Shown here one piece after another: positions 63,826 through 64,000 of a DNA stretch of 64,000 bases (positions are counted from its first letter, which is position 1; the number at the start of each line of letters is the position of its first letter). The notes beneath the pieces were generated by a model that was given only the letters and a program-made list of their open reading frames with translations, did no database searches and had not been told where the DNA came from. This DNA is from Blastocatellia bacterium. Lineage in GTDB: Bacteria; Acidobacteriota; Blastocatellia; UBA7656. Made by a program: the position numbers and the translations under genes. The stretch spans positions 32,001-96,000 of the forward strand of contig CAVXWP010000016.1 in NCBI GenBank assembly GCA_963765495.1, given 5' to 3'.

Positions 63826-63890
63826 ATTAGCCACGGAGGCACAGAGGCACAGAGAAAAGATTATAAAAACTCTGTGTCTCTGTGGCTAAT
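63826..63890. repeat. REP-like palindrome, GCCACAGAG family (uninterrupted copy)
   Basis: attagccacggaggcacagaggcacagag-aaaagattataaaaa-ctctgtgtctctgtggctaat. Confidence 0.75.
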
Positions 63891-63955
63891 CTTCTCTCTT
63901 TCTGTACGGATTCGAGATTTGCACTTCAAGCCTCGATCAAATCCCCGCTCTCTTT

Positions 63956-64000
63956 TCAAGGGGACCAAACTGGTCCCGCGTGGGCTCCGCTCAGCAGAAC
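63956..64000 (-). CDS. Possible 3' end of a gene entering from beyond the window
   Basis: VLLSGAHAGPVWSP-stop; WSP ending resembles PD40/TolB repeats, but only 14 codons are visible. Confidence 0.25.
   Translation of the reverse strand, partial: VLLSGAHAGPVWSP

Overview
Bacterial chromosomal window. Gene content and repeats suggest Acidobacteriota, probably Blastocatellia (inference). 1-3.9 kb is a decayed patch: truncated TonB-dependent receptor, Crp/Fnr regulator, IS982-family element with 16-bp inverted repeats, and TonB and hsdM remnants. Next come a GT2 glycosyltransferase/M28 peptidase pair, a four-gene oxidase cluster (tyrosinase, LodA/GoxA-type CTQ quinoprotein, small beta-rich protein, LodB-type flavoprotein), two VWA membrane proteins, and a wHTH-TPR regulator divergent from a small Cys/HTH gene and a 1205-aa Ig/BACON/SBBP surface protein. 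The middle holds a diiron ferritin-like protein, several peptidases, yajQ, a VPS10/BNR propeller protein, a TonB-dependent receptor, an hmuTUV-like ABC transporter, an ECF sigma/anti-sigma pair, acyl-CoA dehydrogenase and thiolase. The right end has a complex I cluster nuoC-D-H-I-J-K-L-M-N plus atpI/Z-like (no nuoA, B, E, F or G in the window), an MFS transporter and an Nfu-type Fe-S carrier. Best leads: (1) the tyrosinase-CTQ oxidase cluster with unusual accessory domains; (2) a NuoL with an exact 26-residue lateral-helix duplication, the signature of 2M complexes, though only one nuoM is present; (3) a 337-bp MITE inside a REP-like palindrome; (4) an HmuT-like protein lacking the heme-ligating Tyr; (5) several families of inverted heptamer/nonamer repeats in many intergenic gaps. 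All family calls are from motif recognition by eye; no searches were run.
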